Part shown: positions 21,274 through 31,508 of the stretch, in pieces | Layout of the letters: each line of letters starts with the position of its first letter | How positions within the stretch are numbered: position 1 is the stretch's first letter | Assembly: GCA_018821535.1 (NCBI GenBank) | Contig: JAHJLV010000016.1 | Location: forward strand, 116,010 to 180,009 | DNA length: 64,000 nt | Source: Pseudomonadota bacterium | GTDB taxonomy: Bacteria > Desulfobacterota > Desulfobacteria > Desulfobacterales > Desulfobacteraceae | Reading direction: 5' to 3' | Made by a program: the position numbers and the translations under genes | Notes under the pieces: model-generated | Databases searched by the model: none | Seen by the model: only the letters and a program-made list of their open reading frames with translations | Told to the model about the DNA's origin: nothing

Positions 21274-21842
21274 TAGAACGTATTTTCCAAGTTGCTGGTG
21301 CCATCCTTTCAAGGATAAGAGCTTATTTGTTCTTCTTAGTGCATAAATCTATCGTTACAAAAGAAGGCAAAGTAATCATTGGAAAAAGAATAACGATAAA
21401 AAATTTCCCTGAATATGGAAAATTGAGAATTGTATTAAAAGAAAATTCAAAAATTAAAGATGACGTCATCATTCAAGGTTCGGGGGACTTTATTTTGGGG
21501 AAACGATCCTTTATCGGGCAATTTTCAGTTATCGGTGCCAACGAGAAAGTCATAATCGGTGATGATGTAATGATCGCAACCAATGTCAGCATAAGAGACA
21601 CGGATCATACATTTGCGTCAACAGATATCCCTATGAATAAACAAGGGATTACAACAGCGCCAGTCATAATTGGAAACGATGTCTGGATTGCACATGGTGC
21701 AGTTATAACCAAAGGGGTGATAATCGGTAATGGTGCAATCATTGCTGGAGGTTCTGTCGTTACTAAAAATGTTCCTGATTACGCAATCGTCGGAGGTATC
21801 CCTGCAAAAATCCTTAATTATCGAGGCATTAAGGAGAAATGA
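21270..21842 (+). CDS. Hexapeptide-repeat O-acyltransferase
   Basis: [36 protein letters not shown] left-handed beta-helix. Confidence 0.9.
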   Translation: MIERIFQVAGAILSRIRAYLFFLVHKSIVTKEGKVIIGKRITIKNFPEYGKLRIVLKENSKIKDDVIIQGSGDFILGKRSFIGQFSVIGANEKVIIGDDVMIATNVSIRDTDHTFASTDIPMNKQGITTAPVIIGNDVWIAHGAVITKGVIIGNGAIIAGGSVVTKNVPDYAIVGGIPAKILNYRGIKEK

Positions 21843-21943
21843 CAGACAGTCTTCCAAATTTTAATTGCGTTGGTGCCCAAAAGGAAGGGAGCCTTTTTTT
21901 CAGATTCATTCCGGTGAACCCCGAAAGAGTAACAGTTGAGTAA
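21839..21943 (+). pseudogene. Remnant 5' end of a third sulfotransferase
   Basis: AAGGAG SD then ATG giving [20 protein letters not shown]...* (34 aa); LPNF.CVGAQK matches the PAPS-binding start of the two following genes. Confidence 0.65.
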
Positions 21944-21946
21944 TTT

Positions 21947-22861
21947 ATGAGAAAACCTGATTTTTTAATAATTGGCGCTCAGAAGGCAGGCACAACAACT
22001 TTGCATGACTGGTTAATTACACAATCCCAATTAAGCCTTCCAAATATTAAAGAAACACATTTCTTTTCCAAAGAGAATCGTTTTGAGAAAGGATACAATT
22101 GGTATATTAAACAGTTCGATATGACCAGCGATAAAAAAATTATTGGAGAAGTTGATCCAGACTATATTTTCATGCCGGGAGTAATAGAAAAAATCAGGCA
22201 GTATATAAAGAAAACAAAATTTATAATTATTTTAAGATCCCCCATAGAAAGAGCATATTCTCACTACAAAATGTCATGTTACAGAGGATATGAGAAATTA
22301 TCTTTTCTTGAAGCACTGAAAGCAGAAAACAATAGACTTAAATCGAATGATTATCACTCTGTTGCCCACTTTAGCTATTTATCAAGATCTTTCTATGCAC
22401 CACAAATAATAAAATTTAAAAAAGCGTTCCCGGATTCTGCATTTTACTTTTCAAATTTCGATGATCTATTTTCAAAAGATCATAAAGAAAAAGAATTCAC
22501 CTCCATCTGTGAATTTATTGGATTCACCCCTGATACATCAATAATTGATTTTGATTTGTCTTCGAATGTTGCGAGCACCCCTCGTTCTACAGTTCTTCAT
22601 AATTTAATTTACAATAAAAATTCTCCTATCAAAAAAATTGTCCGCCCATTTGCCAGATTACTTTTTTCAGAGGACCAAAGGTTGAAAGTTGCACAGCAAG
22701 GAGAAAAATTTAATAGAGCTAAAAAAAAATTAAATCCTCAAAGGTTAAAATTTAAACCCTCTCAAGAATTACGAGAGCAAACAATAAAGGATTTAGACAA
22801 ACTTCAAACTATTACCGGATTAGACGTTAGCTATTGGCATAGAGAAGAATATCTATTATGA
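21947..22861 (+). CDS. PAPS-dependent sulfotransferase
   Basis: PDFLIIGAQKAGTT (5'-PSB), KETHFF, ILRSPIERAYSHY (3'-PB). Confidence 0.92.
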   Translation: MRKPDFLIIGAQKAGTTTLHDWLITQSQLSLPNIKETHFFSKENRFEKGYNWYIKQFDMTSDKKIIGEVDPDYIFMPGVIEKIRQYIKKTKFIIILRSPIERAYSHYKMSCYRGYEKLSFLEALKAENNRLKSNDYHSVAHFSYLSRSFYAPQIIKFKKAFPDSAFYFSNFDDLFSKDHKEKEFTSICEFIGFTPDTSIIDFDLSSNVASTPRSTVLHNLIYNKNSPIKKIVRPFARLLFSEDQRLKVAQQGEKFNRAKKKLNPQRLKFKPSQELREQTIKDLDKLQTITGLDVSYWHREEYLL

Positions 22862-23754
22862 AATTACCCAATTTTTTAGTTATTGGTGCCCCGAAATCAG
22901 GTACGACTTCACTATTCTATTATCTCAGACAACATCCTGATATTTATTTGCCAGTCAAAAAAGAATTACATTATTTTTCTTACCAACAAATCGCTGAAAA
23001 TTCTAAAGGACCTGGTGACCTTATTACACTTGATTCTTTATGTGACAGCAAACAAAAATATCAAAATCATTACGCCAAGGCAAATAAAGAAAGTGCGATT
23101 GGTGAATTTTCACCTTCTTATCTTTACTATGCGAATGTTGGAGAACAGATAAAAAAGATACTAGATCCAGTTAAAATTATTGTGATGTTAAGAAACCCGA
23201 TTGAAAAAGCCTACTCTCAATATATGCATCTTGTCCGTGATCAGCGTGAGACCTTAAACTTTTATGATGCCCTCATGGCTGAACCGGAACGAAAAAAAAA
23301 CAAATGGGGTGACATTTGGTTATATGCATCAAGCTCTTTATACACTGATAAATTAAAAATCTATCAGTCAATTTTTGGTTCTAACAATGTAAAAGTTGTT
23401 CTTTTTAAGAATTTTATCAATAATCCAGATGATACGCTCATCGACATTTTTACATTCCTTGGCGTTGATCCAACAATCAAATGCGATACAAAAACAATAT
23501 ATAACCGTAGCGGCACTTCAAGATCTAAATTGGTCGCCAATTTTTTCAGCAATCCGAATGTGTTAAAAACATTCATAAAAAACATATTTCCAGAAACCCT
23601 TCGAATACCCTTAAGACTATTCTTGCTTAATCTGAATACAGGAAAAAAAGATAACATTGATGCTAAATCCGAAACCTATCTTGCTGATTATTTTAGAGAA
23701 GATATCGTTAAATTAGAGCTCCTCTTAAATAAAAAAACCGGTTGGTTGGGGTAA
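22858..23754 (+). CDS. PAPS-dependent sulfotransferase
   Basis: PNFLVIGAPKSGTTS, KELHYF, MLRNPIEKAYSQY. Confidence 0.92.
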   Translation: MKLPNFLVIGAPKSGTTSLFYYLRQHPDIYLPVKKELHYFSYQQIAENSKGPGDLITLDSLCDSKQKYQNHYAKANKESAIGEFSPSYLYYANVGEQIKKILDPVKIIVMLRNPIEKAYSQYMHLVRDQRETLNFYDALMAEPERKKNKWGDIWLYASSSLYTDKLKIYQSIFGSNNVKVVLFKNFINNPDDTLIDIFTFLGVDPTIKCDTKTIYNRSGTSRSKLVANFFSNPNVLKTFIKNIFPETLRIPLRLFLLNLNTGKKDNIDAKSETYLADYFREDIVKLELLLNKKTGWLG

Positions 23755-24632
23755 TAATGAAACTTTCAATAATAATTGTGAATTATAATGGAAGGCACTT
23801 CCTGGATGGCTGTCTGAAATCTATTGAAAAGCATATCACATTTCCGCATGAAATAATAATAGTGGATAATAACTCATCTGATGACAGTGTTCAGTTTATT
23901 AATAATAAATATCCCAACGTGTCTCTTATTGAATCAAAACAAAATCTTGGATTTGCACAAGGAAACAATCTCGGTGTGAGCCGTTCGATGGGTGAGTACA
24001 TATTATTATTAAATAACGATACACTTCTTCTATCTTCTATAACACCAGTCCTTTCGATAGCAGAAAAAAATTCTAAGATTGGCCTCATTGGAATTAAAAT
24101 GATAGGTGTAAATAACGAATATAGATATTCGACAGGGCACTACCCTAATCTAATTCGGCTTCTCAAATTTTCCTTATTATATAGAAAAGATGGATATTTT
24201 CAAAAAGGCAATTTCCCTCAGGATGAAAATAAATATTATTGTACCGATTGGATTGAAGGATCTTGGATGCTTACTAAACGTAAAATTTGGGATGAACTTG
24301 GTGGCATGGATAAAGATTACTTTATGTATGTTGAGGATGTTGATCTTTGTTGGAGGATTAAAAAACTTAAGTACAAGATTGTTTTTTATCCATATGCATC
24401 ATATCTCCATTATGGAGGGTATGGTGAAAGTCGATTCCATTTATTAATTGCAGGATTTTTAAAGTTTCATAGAAAACACTCAAGTAATTTCTATCAATTA
24501 CTTTTAAAAATCGTCTTATTGATTGGTATTACTGGAAGACTAAGCATGAATACTTTACTCAGCCTACGATGCAAAGAGAGCTTTAAAAAGAACCTGCCAT
24601 ATATTGTTTCAATCAAGGAAGTTTTCAAATGA
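23742..24632 (+). CDS. Glycosyltransferase family 2
   Basis: SIIIVNYN, VDNNSSD, NLGFAQGNN, LLNNDT, YVEDVDLC. Confidence 0.92.
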   Translation: MVGVIMKLSIIIVNYNGRHFLDGCLKSIEKHITFPHEIIIVDNNSSDDSVQFINNKYPNVSLIESKQNLGFAQGNNLGVSRSMGEYILLLNNDTLLLSSITPVLSIAEKNSKIGLIGIKMIGVNNEYRYSTGHYPNLIRLLKFSLLYRKDGYFQKGNFPQDENKYYCTDWIEGSWMLTKRKIWDELGGMDKDYFMYVEDVDLCWRIKKLKYKIVFYPYASYLHYGGYGESRFHLLIAGFLKFHRKHSSNFYQLLLKIVLLIGITGRLSMNTLLSLRCKESFKKNLPYIVSIKEVFK

Positions 24633-25351
24633 AAACAATTTATTCGATATTGAATAAAATGGCAAAATTATTTAAAGGCGATAGTTATCAAATCGACCCC
24701 AATATACCTATCTCTGCGATTATCGGATATAGCACTCGACGTGGGATATCATTATTAAGATGCATTTTTTTTGGGATAGCCCTTAGTTTAAACCCCAAAA
24801 ACCTTGTCTTTGTCGGTCCTTGTGTTGAGCTTCGAAATAAAAAAATGATAAGCTTTGGTAGTTCTGTTACTTTGGGAAAGGGTGCAATAATTGATGGACT
24901 TTCAAAGGAAGGTGTTGCCATCTCGAATAATGTTAATATTGGCCCCTATTGTATCATTGAAGCGACAGGTGTTATTAGTGATATTGGTAAGGGTATCTTT
25001 ATAGGAGAAAATTCAGGAATTGGAGCTTTTTCTTTTATTGGTGGCGCAGGTGGTGTAAAAATAGGCAAAAATGTTATTATGGGCCAACGCGTTAGTTTCC
25101 ATTCTGAAAATCATAACTTTAACAATGTTAATTTGCCAATCCGAGAGCAAGGTGTAACCCGTAAAGGAATAGTTATAGAGGATGATTGCTGGGTAGGAGC
25201 CAATGTTTTATTCCTTGATGGAGCACATATTTGTTCCGGTTCAGTTATAGCGGCTGGATCAGTTGTTCGGGACTATATCCCCAAGAACTCTGTTATTGCT
25301 GGGGTTCCTGCAAAGGTAATTGCCCAAAGAGGGATGGTTCAAAAAACATGA
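24629..25351 (+). CDS. Hexapeptide-repeat O-acyltransferase
   Basis: IEDDCWVGANVLFLDG...IAAGSVV...AGVPAK. Confidence 0.9.
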   Translation: MKTIYSILNKMAKLFKGDSYQIDPNIPISAIIGYSTRRGISLLRCIFFGIALSLNPKNLVFVGPCVELRNKKMISFGSSVTLGKGAIIDGLSKEGVAISNNVNIGPYCIIEATGVISDIGKGIFIGENSGIGAFSFIGGAGGVKIGKNVIMGQRVSFHSENHNFNNVNLPIREQGVTRKGIVIEDDCWVGANVLFLDGAHICSGSVIAAGSVVRDYIPKNSVIAGVPAKVIAQRGMVQKT

Positions 25352-26505
25352 AAAATATCCTGTTTGTTCACCAATCAGCTGATTTATATGGATCAGATAA
25401 AGTATTATTTGATTTAGTCACAAGCCTTGATAAGAAAAAATTCCATCCTATTCTTCTGCTGCCCAGCAAAGGGCCTTTATTAAATAAGCTGTTAAACAAT
25501 AATATTGAAACCTATGTTGTTAAATTAACACGTCTAAGCCGTGCGACCTTATCAGTAAAAGGCATTATTACTCTACCTTTCGACATCCTAAAATCATTAA
25601 GAATGTTCAATCAAATTTTGAAAAATCGACGAATAGACATTGTTCACTCAAATACCCTGGCTACTCTGACAGGTGCATTCTGGGCAAAATGCAATAAAGT
25701 ACCCCACCTCTGGCACGTACATGAAATGATTTCAAGACCCAGGATAGTATTATGGGGTTACTTGTTTTTACTATACTTTTTTGCTGATTATATTGTTTGT
25801 AATTCACATGCCACAAGAAAACTGCTGACTGATAACCAATCATTTCTTATCCCAAAATCTTATGTTATATGGAATGGTCTTAAACAGTCTGAAAAAATTG
25901 ATAATGAAAAGGTTAATAAACTTAGGCGCTCTCTGCATCTTGGGGAAAAAGATCTGCTCATTGTACTCATGGGTCGAATCAATGGATGGAAGGGTCAACC
26001 CTTATTTATCGATGCTGCAAATAAACTATGGAAAAAAGGATTAAGAAATATTCATTTTTTAATGGTAGGGAGTCCTCCGATCGGCCAGGATCATTTTAAA
26101 AAAAAATTAGAAAAAATAATTGAAGAATCTCCAGCAAAAAGCAAAATAACCTTGTGGGACTTTAGTACAGATATTTGGGGAATATGGCATTCATGTGATA
26201 TCGCAGTGGTTCCCTCAACTGAACCTGAGCCTTTTGGGATGGTAGCAATTGAAGCGATGGCTGCAGGAAAAGCTGTTATTGGTGCATCACATGGTGGTTT
26301 AACCGAAATTATAAAGAATAATATAACGGGTATACTTTTTGAACCCGGCAATTCTAATGACCTGGCTGCAGCGATTTTTTTCTTAGTCAAGAATCCTTAT
26401 AAGCGCATAGAGTTTGGGGAAAATGGCCAGAAAAGGCAACAAAGCATCTTTGCTTTAAAAAAATATATCCAATCATTTGAAAATATATATTCAATAATTA
26501 GGTAA
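25348..26505 (+). CDS. Glycosyltransferase family 4
   Basis: DLYGSD, HSNT, WHVHE, EPFGMVAIEAMAAGK; start refined to MKNIL at 25348. Confidence 0.92.
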   Translation: MKNILFVHQSADLYGSDKVLFDLVTSLDKKKFHPILLLPSKGPLLNKLLNNNIETYVVKLTRLSRATLSVKGIITLPFDILKSLRMFNQILKNRRIDIVHSNTLATLTGAFWAKCNKVPHLWHVHEMISRPRIVLWGYLFLLYFFADYIVCNSHATRKLLTDNQSFLIPKSYVIWNGLKQSEKIDNEKVNKLRRSLHLGEKDLLIVLMGRINGWKGQPLFIDAANKLWKKGLRNIHFLMVGSPPIGQDHFKKKLEKIIEESPAKSKITLWDFSTDIWGIWHSCDIAVVPSTEPEPFGMVAIEAMAAGKAVIGASHGGLTEIIKNNITGILFEPGNSNDLAAAIFFLVKNPYKRIEFGENGQKRQQSIFALKKYIQSFENIYSIIR

Positions 26506-26518
26506 AAAATAGTTTATA

Positions 26519-27781
26519 ATGCTTCACAAAAGAATATCACAAATATTATTTTTAGGTTTTCTAGTTTTCCCTGTAATTATACCCGCTGGCATTTTATCAA
26601 TGTTTACAATTTTAGTTCTGATACTATTTTTAATTAATCCATTAGGTAACAAAAACAATTTTAATTTTATAAAATTTATTTGGCCATTATTTATCATAAT
26701 ATTCACAGGCTTTCATGGATTTATTTATCACTCTCCCTATAATTCTTTGAAAGATATCTGGTACATAACAAATCCTATTGCGACCATGTTAATGGGATAT
26801 TTTCTAATGATTTATATTGATAATTTTAAATCTTTAATGAAAATTATAATCCTTGCCGCTGTATTGGTTGCGATATTTCATATATCAAAATTTATTATTT
26901 CTCCCGATTTATTGCAAAAAAGCTATATAGAAATTCGTAGTAGTTCTGCTGGCCGGGGATATTTTATTGTGGTAATAGGCCTAACAATATTAATAACAAA
27001 TTGGAAAAAGTTTTCTTCAGAAAATTATTTTACGAATAAATATTTACCGATTAGTATTACAATAATTTTAGGGCTATCTTTTATTCTTTCATTTTCGAGA
27101 ACACTGATTTTAGTTTTTATATTATTTTTTTTCAGTCTAAGGGGCGTTATTGGAAAACATAATAAAAAGCAAAAAATATATTTATTCTCTTTAGCTCTCA
27201 TCATTATTATTTCTTTTTTTACAGATATAAGTCTCAATCAATTAACCATGCGATATGACGGCACATTTGTGGCGAAATTAGTACGATCATGGAATGAAAT
27301 ATCTATATCCAATTATAGTTCATTAGATGATATCAATATGAATTGGAGAGGATATGAGTCATATAGAGGGATTCAAGCCTACCAAGCCGGGAATGTTTTT
27401 AATATAATAGCCGGAAGAGGTATTGGATATTTAACTGACATTGGAATTTCTATAAAATTAGGGGGTGATCAATATTATAGGCTTATTCCAATATTTCATA
27501 ACGGATATATTTATTTGCTTATTAAATCAGGACTTTTGGGATTATTTGCTTATTTGATATTCCTTTTTCGGATATTTACTTTTGCTAATAGTATGGATCA
27601 AGGCAATGACCTTGAAATTTCTATGTCTGCACGGATATGTGTTGGTCTTACAATAATAATATTGGCAACAACAGCTATTATGGCTGGTTTTTTCAATAAA
27701 TCATCATTAGCTCCGGTTTTATTAATAACCGGGGCTTGTATCTCTCACTTGAACACACATAAAAAAATTAATGGTCTTTAA
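26519..27781 (+). CDS. wzy: Wzy-type polysaccharide polymerase / O-antigen ligase family
   Basis: About 11 TM segments, SFSRT, periplasmic loop with R.YE and FHNGY; very AT-rich. Confidence 0.7.
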   Translation: MLHKRISQILFLGFLVFPVIIPAGILSMFTILVLILFLINPLGNKNNFNFIKFIWPLFIIIFTGFHGFIYHSPYNSLKDIWYITNPIATMLMGYFLMIYIDNFKSLMKIIILAAVLVAIFHISKFIISPDLLQKSYIEIRSSSAGRGYFIVVIGLTILITNWKKFSSENYFTNKYLPISITIILGLSFILSFSRTLILVFILFFFSLRGVIGKHNKKQKIYLFSLALIIIISFFTDISLNQLTMRYDGTFVAKLVRSWNEISISNYSSLDDINMNWRGYESYRGIQAYQAGNVFNIIAGRGIGYLTDIGISIKLGGDQYYRLIPIFHNGYIYLLIKSGLLGLFAYLIFLFRIFTFANSMDQGNDLEISMSARICVGLTIIILATTAIMAGFFNKSSLAPVLLITGACISHLNTHKKINGL

Positions 27782-28901
27782 CTCAACATTGACTACTACA
27801 AATAAGAAACTCCAGATTTTAGGCACCCGGGGCATTCCTGCTGCCCATGGCGGATTCGAAACCTTTGCACAAGGGTTTTCAATTTATCTGGCCCAAAAGG
27901 GCTGGGATGTCACGGTGTATTGTCAGGAAGACGGGACCGGGCCGATTCATGAAGATGACTGGCAGGGCATTCACCGGATTCACATTCCGGTGAAACAGGA
28001 AGGTGCAAAAGGCACCATTGTTTTTGACTGGATTTCAACCCTGCATGCGGCAAAAAGAAAAATCCCGGTGCTGACTCTGGGATATAATACCGCTGTGTTC
28101 TGTCTTTTATACCGGTTAAAAGGAATCAAAAATATCATCAACATGGATGGTATTGAATGGCAGCGGGACAAATGGACCCCGATGCAAAGGGCCTGGCTGT
28201 ATATAAACGAAAAAGCCGGTGCATGGCTGGGTAATCATCTGATTGCCGATCATCCGGAAATTAAAAATCATCTGGGCCGGTTTGTCTGTGATGAAAAGAT
28301 CACTGTTATTCCCTACAGCGCTCGATTATTAAAAACAGCGGATCAAAATTATCTGAGCCGGTTTAATCTGATGCCGGGCAGGTATGCCATCCTTATTGCT
28401 CGACCGGAACCTGAAAATTCAATTCTTGAGATTGTCCGGGCCTATTCAGATCAGAAAAGAGGTTTTCCCCTGGTGGTTCTTGGAAATTACGATCCAAATA
28501 CAAATACATATCAAAAATCCGTATTGGATGCTGCCGGTGATGAAATCATGTTTGTGGGTGCCATCTATGATCAGAAACAGGTGCAGGCATTAAGATTCTA
28601 TGCCCGGTTTTATATTCACGGACATACGGTCGGCGGCACCAACCCATCTCTGGTTGAAGCGCTTGGCGCAGGATCTCCGGTGCTGGCCCACAACAACCGG
28701 TTTAACCGATGGGTGGCAGGAGAAAATTCTCTTTATTTTTCAACTGAATCCGAGTGCGCTCAGAAAATAGGTGAGTTGATAAAAAATGACAAACTGATTG
28801 CCAGCATGAAGGCTGCCAGCCAGGATCAATACAGAACTAAATTCACTTCCCGGAAAATCCACGGGGATTATGAACGCATTCTGACAGAACATATCAATTA
28901 A
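27771..28901 (+). CDS. Glycosyltransferase family 4 (DUF1972-type N-terminus)
   Basis: LGTRGIPAAHGGFETF, NMDGIEWQRDKW, GHTVGGTNPSLVEAL. Confidence 0.9.
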   Translation: MVFNSTLTTTNKKLQILGTRGIPAAHGGFETFAQGFSIYLAQKGWDVTVYCQEDGTGPIHEDDWQGIHRIHIPVKQEGAKGTIVFDWISTLHAAKRKIPVLTLGYNTAVFCLLYRLKGIKNIINMDGIEWQRDKWTPMQRAWLYINEKAGAWLGNHLIADHPEIKNHLGRFVCDEKITVIPYSARLLKTADQNYLSRFNLMPGRYAILIARPEPENSILEIVRAYSDQKRGFPLVVLGNYDPNTNTYQKSVLDAAGDEIMFVGAIYDQKQVQALRFYARFYIHGHTVGGTNPSLVEALGAGSPVLAHNNRFNRWVAGENSLYFSTESECAQKIGELIKNDKLIASMKAASQDQYRTKFTSRKIHGDYERILTEHIN

Positions 28902-28912
28902 TTTTTAAAAGA

Positions 28913-30067
28913 ATGGGTTTTAAAAAAAATATCACTGCAGAACAGCAACTTGTATTATTGCTGTCAAATCCTTTTTTTTGTGCCCCGCACAAAAAAGCTG
29001 TGGTTAAAATTTTAGCTGAGGCCCCCCACATCTGCCAGGATACGGTTTATTCATTGGCATCTGCAAACGGTGTTGCCGGATTCATTTATAAAAACGCCGA
29101 AGAGTTTAATCTATTCTCTGAAAAAATAAATCTTGCACTGCAGTCTGCATATAAACAAACTGCGCTGAAAAACATGCTGATGCTCAAGGAAACACTGGCT
29201 GTGTCAAAGCTGCTGTCAGACAATGAGATCCCGGTTGTACCCTTAAAAGGCAGCAGTGCCTCTGATCTGATCTTTAATGATTTTGGTGTTTATCCTTCCG
29301 GTGATATTGATATTTTAGTGCCTTTTACCAAACTGGGAAAAGCCAAAGATATCCTGTGCAGATACGCAGACTACAGCCCGGTTCAGGGGATTGAAGAACA
29401 GGATCTTATTTCCAGCCATTATCATTTAAATCTTAAGAAAAAATATATACTGCTGGAAATTCACTGGACTTTAACCAAACGGTATTTCAGCATCCCGCAT
29501 GATTTCTGGTGGCAGGGCGCTGAGCCGTTTGAATGGAACACTGTACCTGTATTCAAATTGTCCATTGAAAATTATATCCTTTATAATGTTTTCCGCCTGT
29601 ATGACCACTGTTTCTATCCTTTGCGTTTTTTTTCCCTGCTGGCCGGGATCATTACCCATCACTATGCAGACATCAACTGGGAAAAACTGCTTGATTCTGC
29701 AAATCGCTACAAAATGTACACACTGGTGGTCTTTACGCTGAAACTGATGAATGACATTTTACAGACCCGTATTCCTGAAACCATGATACAAAAAAAAATC
29801 ATGGGATATCTCTTTTTGAAGTCACTGGTTTTGTCCGGTTTTTTTTCCGGGATACAAAAACAGCACGGGCGGATGCTGTTTTATACCCTGCTCCTTGTAA
29901 AACCTGAAACGCTTGCAGGCATATTGCTCAAAAGACTTTTCCCTTCAAAAGGAGAATTAAGATTAAGGTATAATCTTCCGGGAAATTCAAAAAAAATTTA
30001 TCTTTATTACATATTAAATCCATTTTTATTATTATTTAAAAAACAAGAGAATATTCATAATGCTTAA
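28913..30067 (+). CDS. Nucleotidyltransferase family protein (NTP_transf_5-like)
   Basis: VVPLKGS...YPSGDIDILV...LLEIHW, characteristic of this family. Confidence 0.85.
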   Translation: MGFKKNITAEQQLVLLLSNPFFCAPHKKAVVKILAEAPHICQDTVYSLASANGVAGFIYKNAEEFNLFSEKINLALQSAYKQTALKNMLMLKETLAVSKLLSDNEIPVVPLKGSSASDLIFNDFGVYPSGDIDILVPFTKLGKAKDILCRYADYSPVQGIEEQDLISSHYHLNLKKKYILLEIHWTLTKRYFSIPHDFWWQGAEPFEWNTVPVFKLSIENYILYNVFRLYDHCFYPLRFFSLLAGIITHHYADINWEKLLDSANRYKMYTLVVFTLKLMNDILQTRIPETMIQKKIMGYLFLKSLVLSGFFSGIQKQHGRMLFYTLLLVKPETLAGILLKRLFPSKGELRLRYNLPGNSKKIYLYYILNPFLLLFKKQENIHNA

Positions 30068-31502
30068 AGAACACGGCTCATTAACAACCGATGCCCAGAA
30101 ATTAATTGATATTGTTATTACGGCTTCATCTTTTGTTCTGGCATATTTTATAAAAAGGAACCTTCTGCCCGGAGACTTAAGTTTACTTTCAACTGACCCC
30201 AACTATTATATTGTTCTGCTGCTCATTATTATTTCCTGGTTTATCTCCTTTAAATGGATGGGTATGTATCTGTCCTACCGCCAGAACCAGTTCTGGGAAT
30301 TTTTCAAGACCATATTAAAATCCTGCTTCATGGGAATCGTGCTGGTCAGCATTGCCATGTATCTGATGCATATTCAAGGGGTCAGCCGGTTGTTGATGGG
30401 TATTTTCCTGATCCTGAATATCGGGTTGCTGACCTTGTCAAAATACATCATCTTTAAAATCCTGGAAAAAGTCAGGACAGATGGATTCAACACCAGAAAT
30501 ATTCTGATTGTGGGCAGTGGGAAACAGGCAATAGAGGTTATTGAAACAGTTGAGTCCTATAAGGCAAGCGGGTACAGAATTTTGGGATGTTTTGAAACAG
30601 ACCCGGAAGACTTGAATAAAACCGTATGCAACGGCCACAAGGTTATCGGCATCATCAATGGCCTTGAAACCTATCTGCGGGAGAATATCGTGGATGAGCT
30701 TATCTTTGCCACATCCCTTTCCGGTATAAAAAAGGTGGACCGATACATTGCCTTTGCTGAAAGCATGGGCATAAAAGTCAGAATTGTTCCAAACTGGGAA
30801 CTCCATTATCTGATGTACCGGCCGGATATCGCGACCATACAGTTTGAAGAATTTCTTGGCATTTATAATATGACCCTGCAATCCACCCCCCAGAATGAAG
30901 GCAAAATGCTGATCAAAAATATGTTTGATTATGCCGCATCCGCAGTCCTGACCCTGCTGTTTCTTCCTTTGATGCTGATAATCGCCCTTGCCATAAAAAT
31001 ATTCTCCAAAGGGCCGGTTTTATATACGCAGGAACGTCTTGGGATGAACGGCAGGCATTTTAAGGTATATAAATTCAGAACAATGGTAAACAATGCCGAT
31101 GAACTTTTAAAGGAACTGGCAGAAATGAATGAGGCGGACGGCCCGGCGTTTAAAATTAAAAACGATCCCAGAATCATTCCCTATATCGGCACCTTCCTGA
31201 GAAAAACAAGCCTGGACGAACTGCCCCAGCTTTTCAATGTCTTAAAAGGAGAAATGAGTCTGGTCGGCCCCCGCCCGCCGATCCCCAGAGAAGTGAATGA
31301 ATATTCGGTCTGGCACAGACGAAGGCTGTCCATGAAACCCGGCATGACATGCCTGTGGCAGATCGCACCCAACCGGAATGAATTAAGCTTTGAAGACTGG
31401 ATGAAACTGGATTTAAAATACATTGACACCTGGTCTTTGTTTAATGATTTAAAAATTCTTGTTTTGACCACAAAAGCCGTGTTCACCGGTGCTGGCAGAT
31501 AA
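30060..31502 (+). CDS. Priming undecaprenyl-phosphate sugar-1-phosphate transferase (WcaJ/WbaP-type)
   Basis: N-terminal TMs, YKFRTM, LRKTSLDELPQLFNVLKGEMSLVGPRP, KPGMTCLWQI. Confidence 0.93.
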   Translation: MLKEHGSLTTDAQKLIDIVITASSFVLAYFIKRNLLPGDLSLLSTDPNYYIVLLLIIISWFISFKWMGMYLSYRQNQFWEFFKTILKSCFMGIVLVSIAMYLMHIQGVSRLLMGIFLILNIGLLTLSKYIIFKILEKVRTDGFNTRNILIVGSGKQAIEVIETVESYKASGYRILGCFETDPEDLNKTVCNGHKVIGIINGLETYLRENIVDELIFATSLSGIKKVDRYIAFAESMGIKVRIVPNWELHYLMYRPDIATIQFEEFLGIYNMTLQSTPQNEGKMLIKNMFDYAASAVLTLLFLPLMLIIALAIKIFSKGPVLYTQERLGMNGRHFKVYKFRTMVNNADELLKELAEMNEADGPAFKIKNDPRIIPYIGTFLRKTSLDELPQLFNVLKGEMSLVGPRPPIPREVNEYSVWHRRRLSMKPGMTCLWQIAPNRNELSFEDWMKLDLKYIDTWSLFNDLKILVLTTKAVFTGAGR

Positions 31503-31508
31503 TAATAA

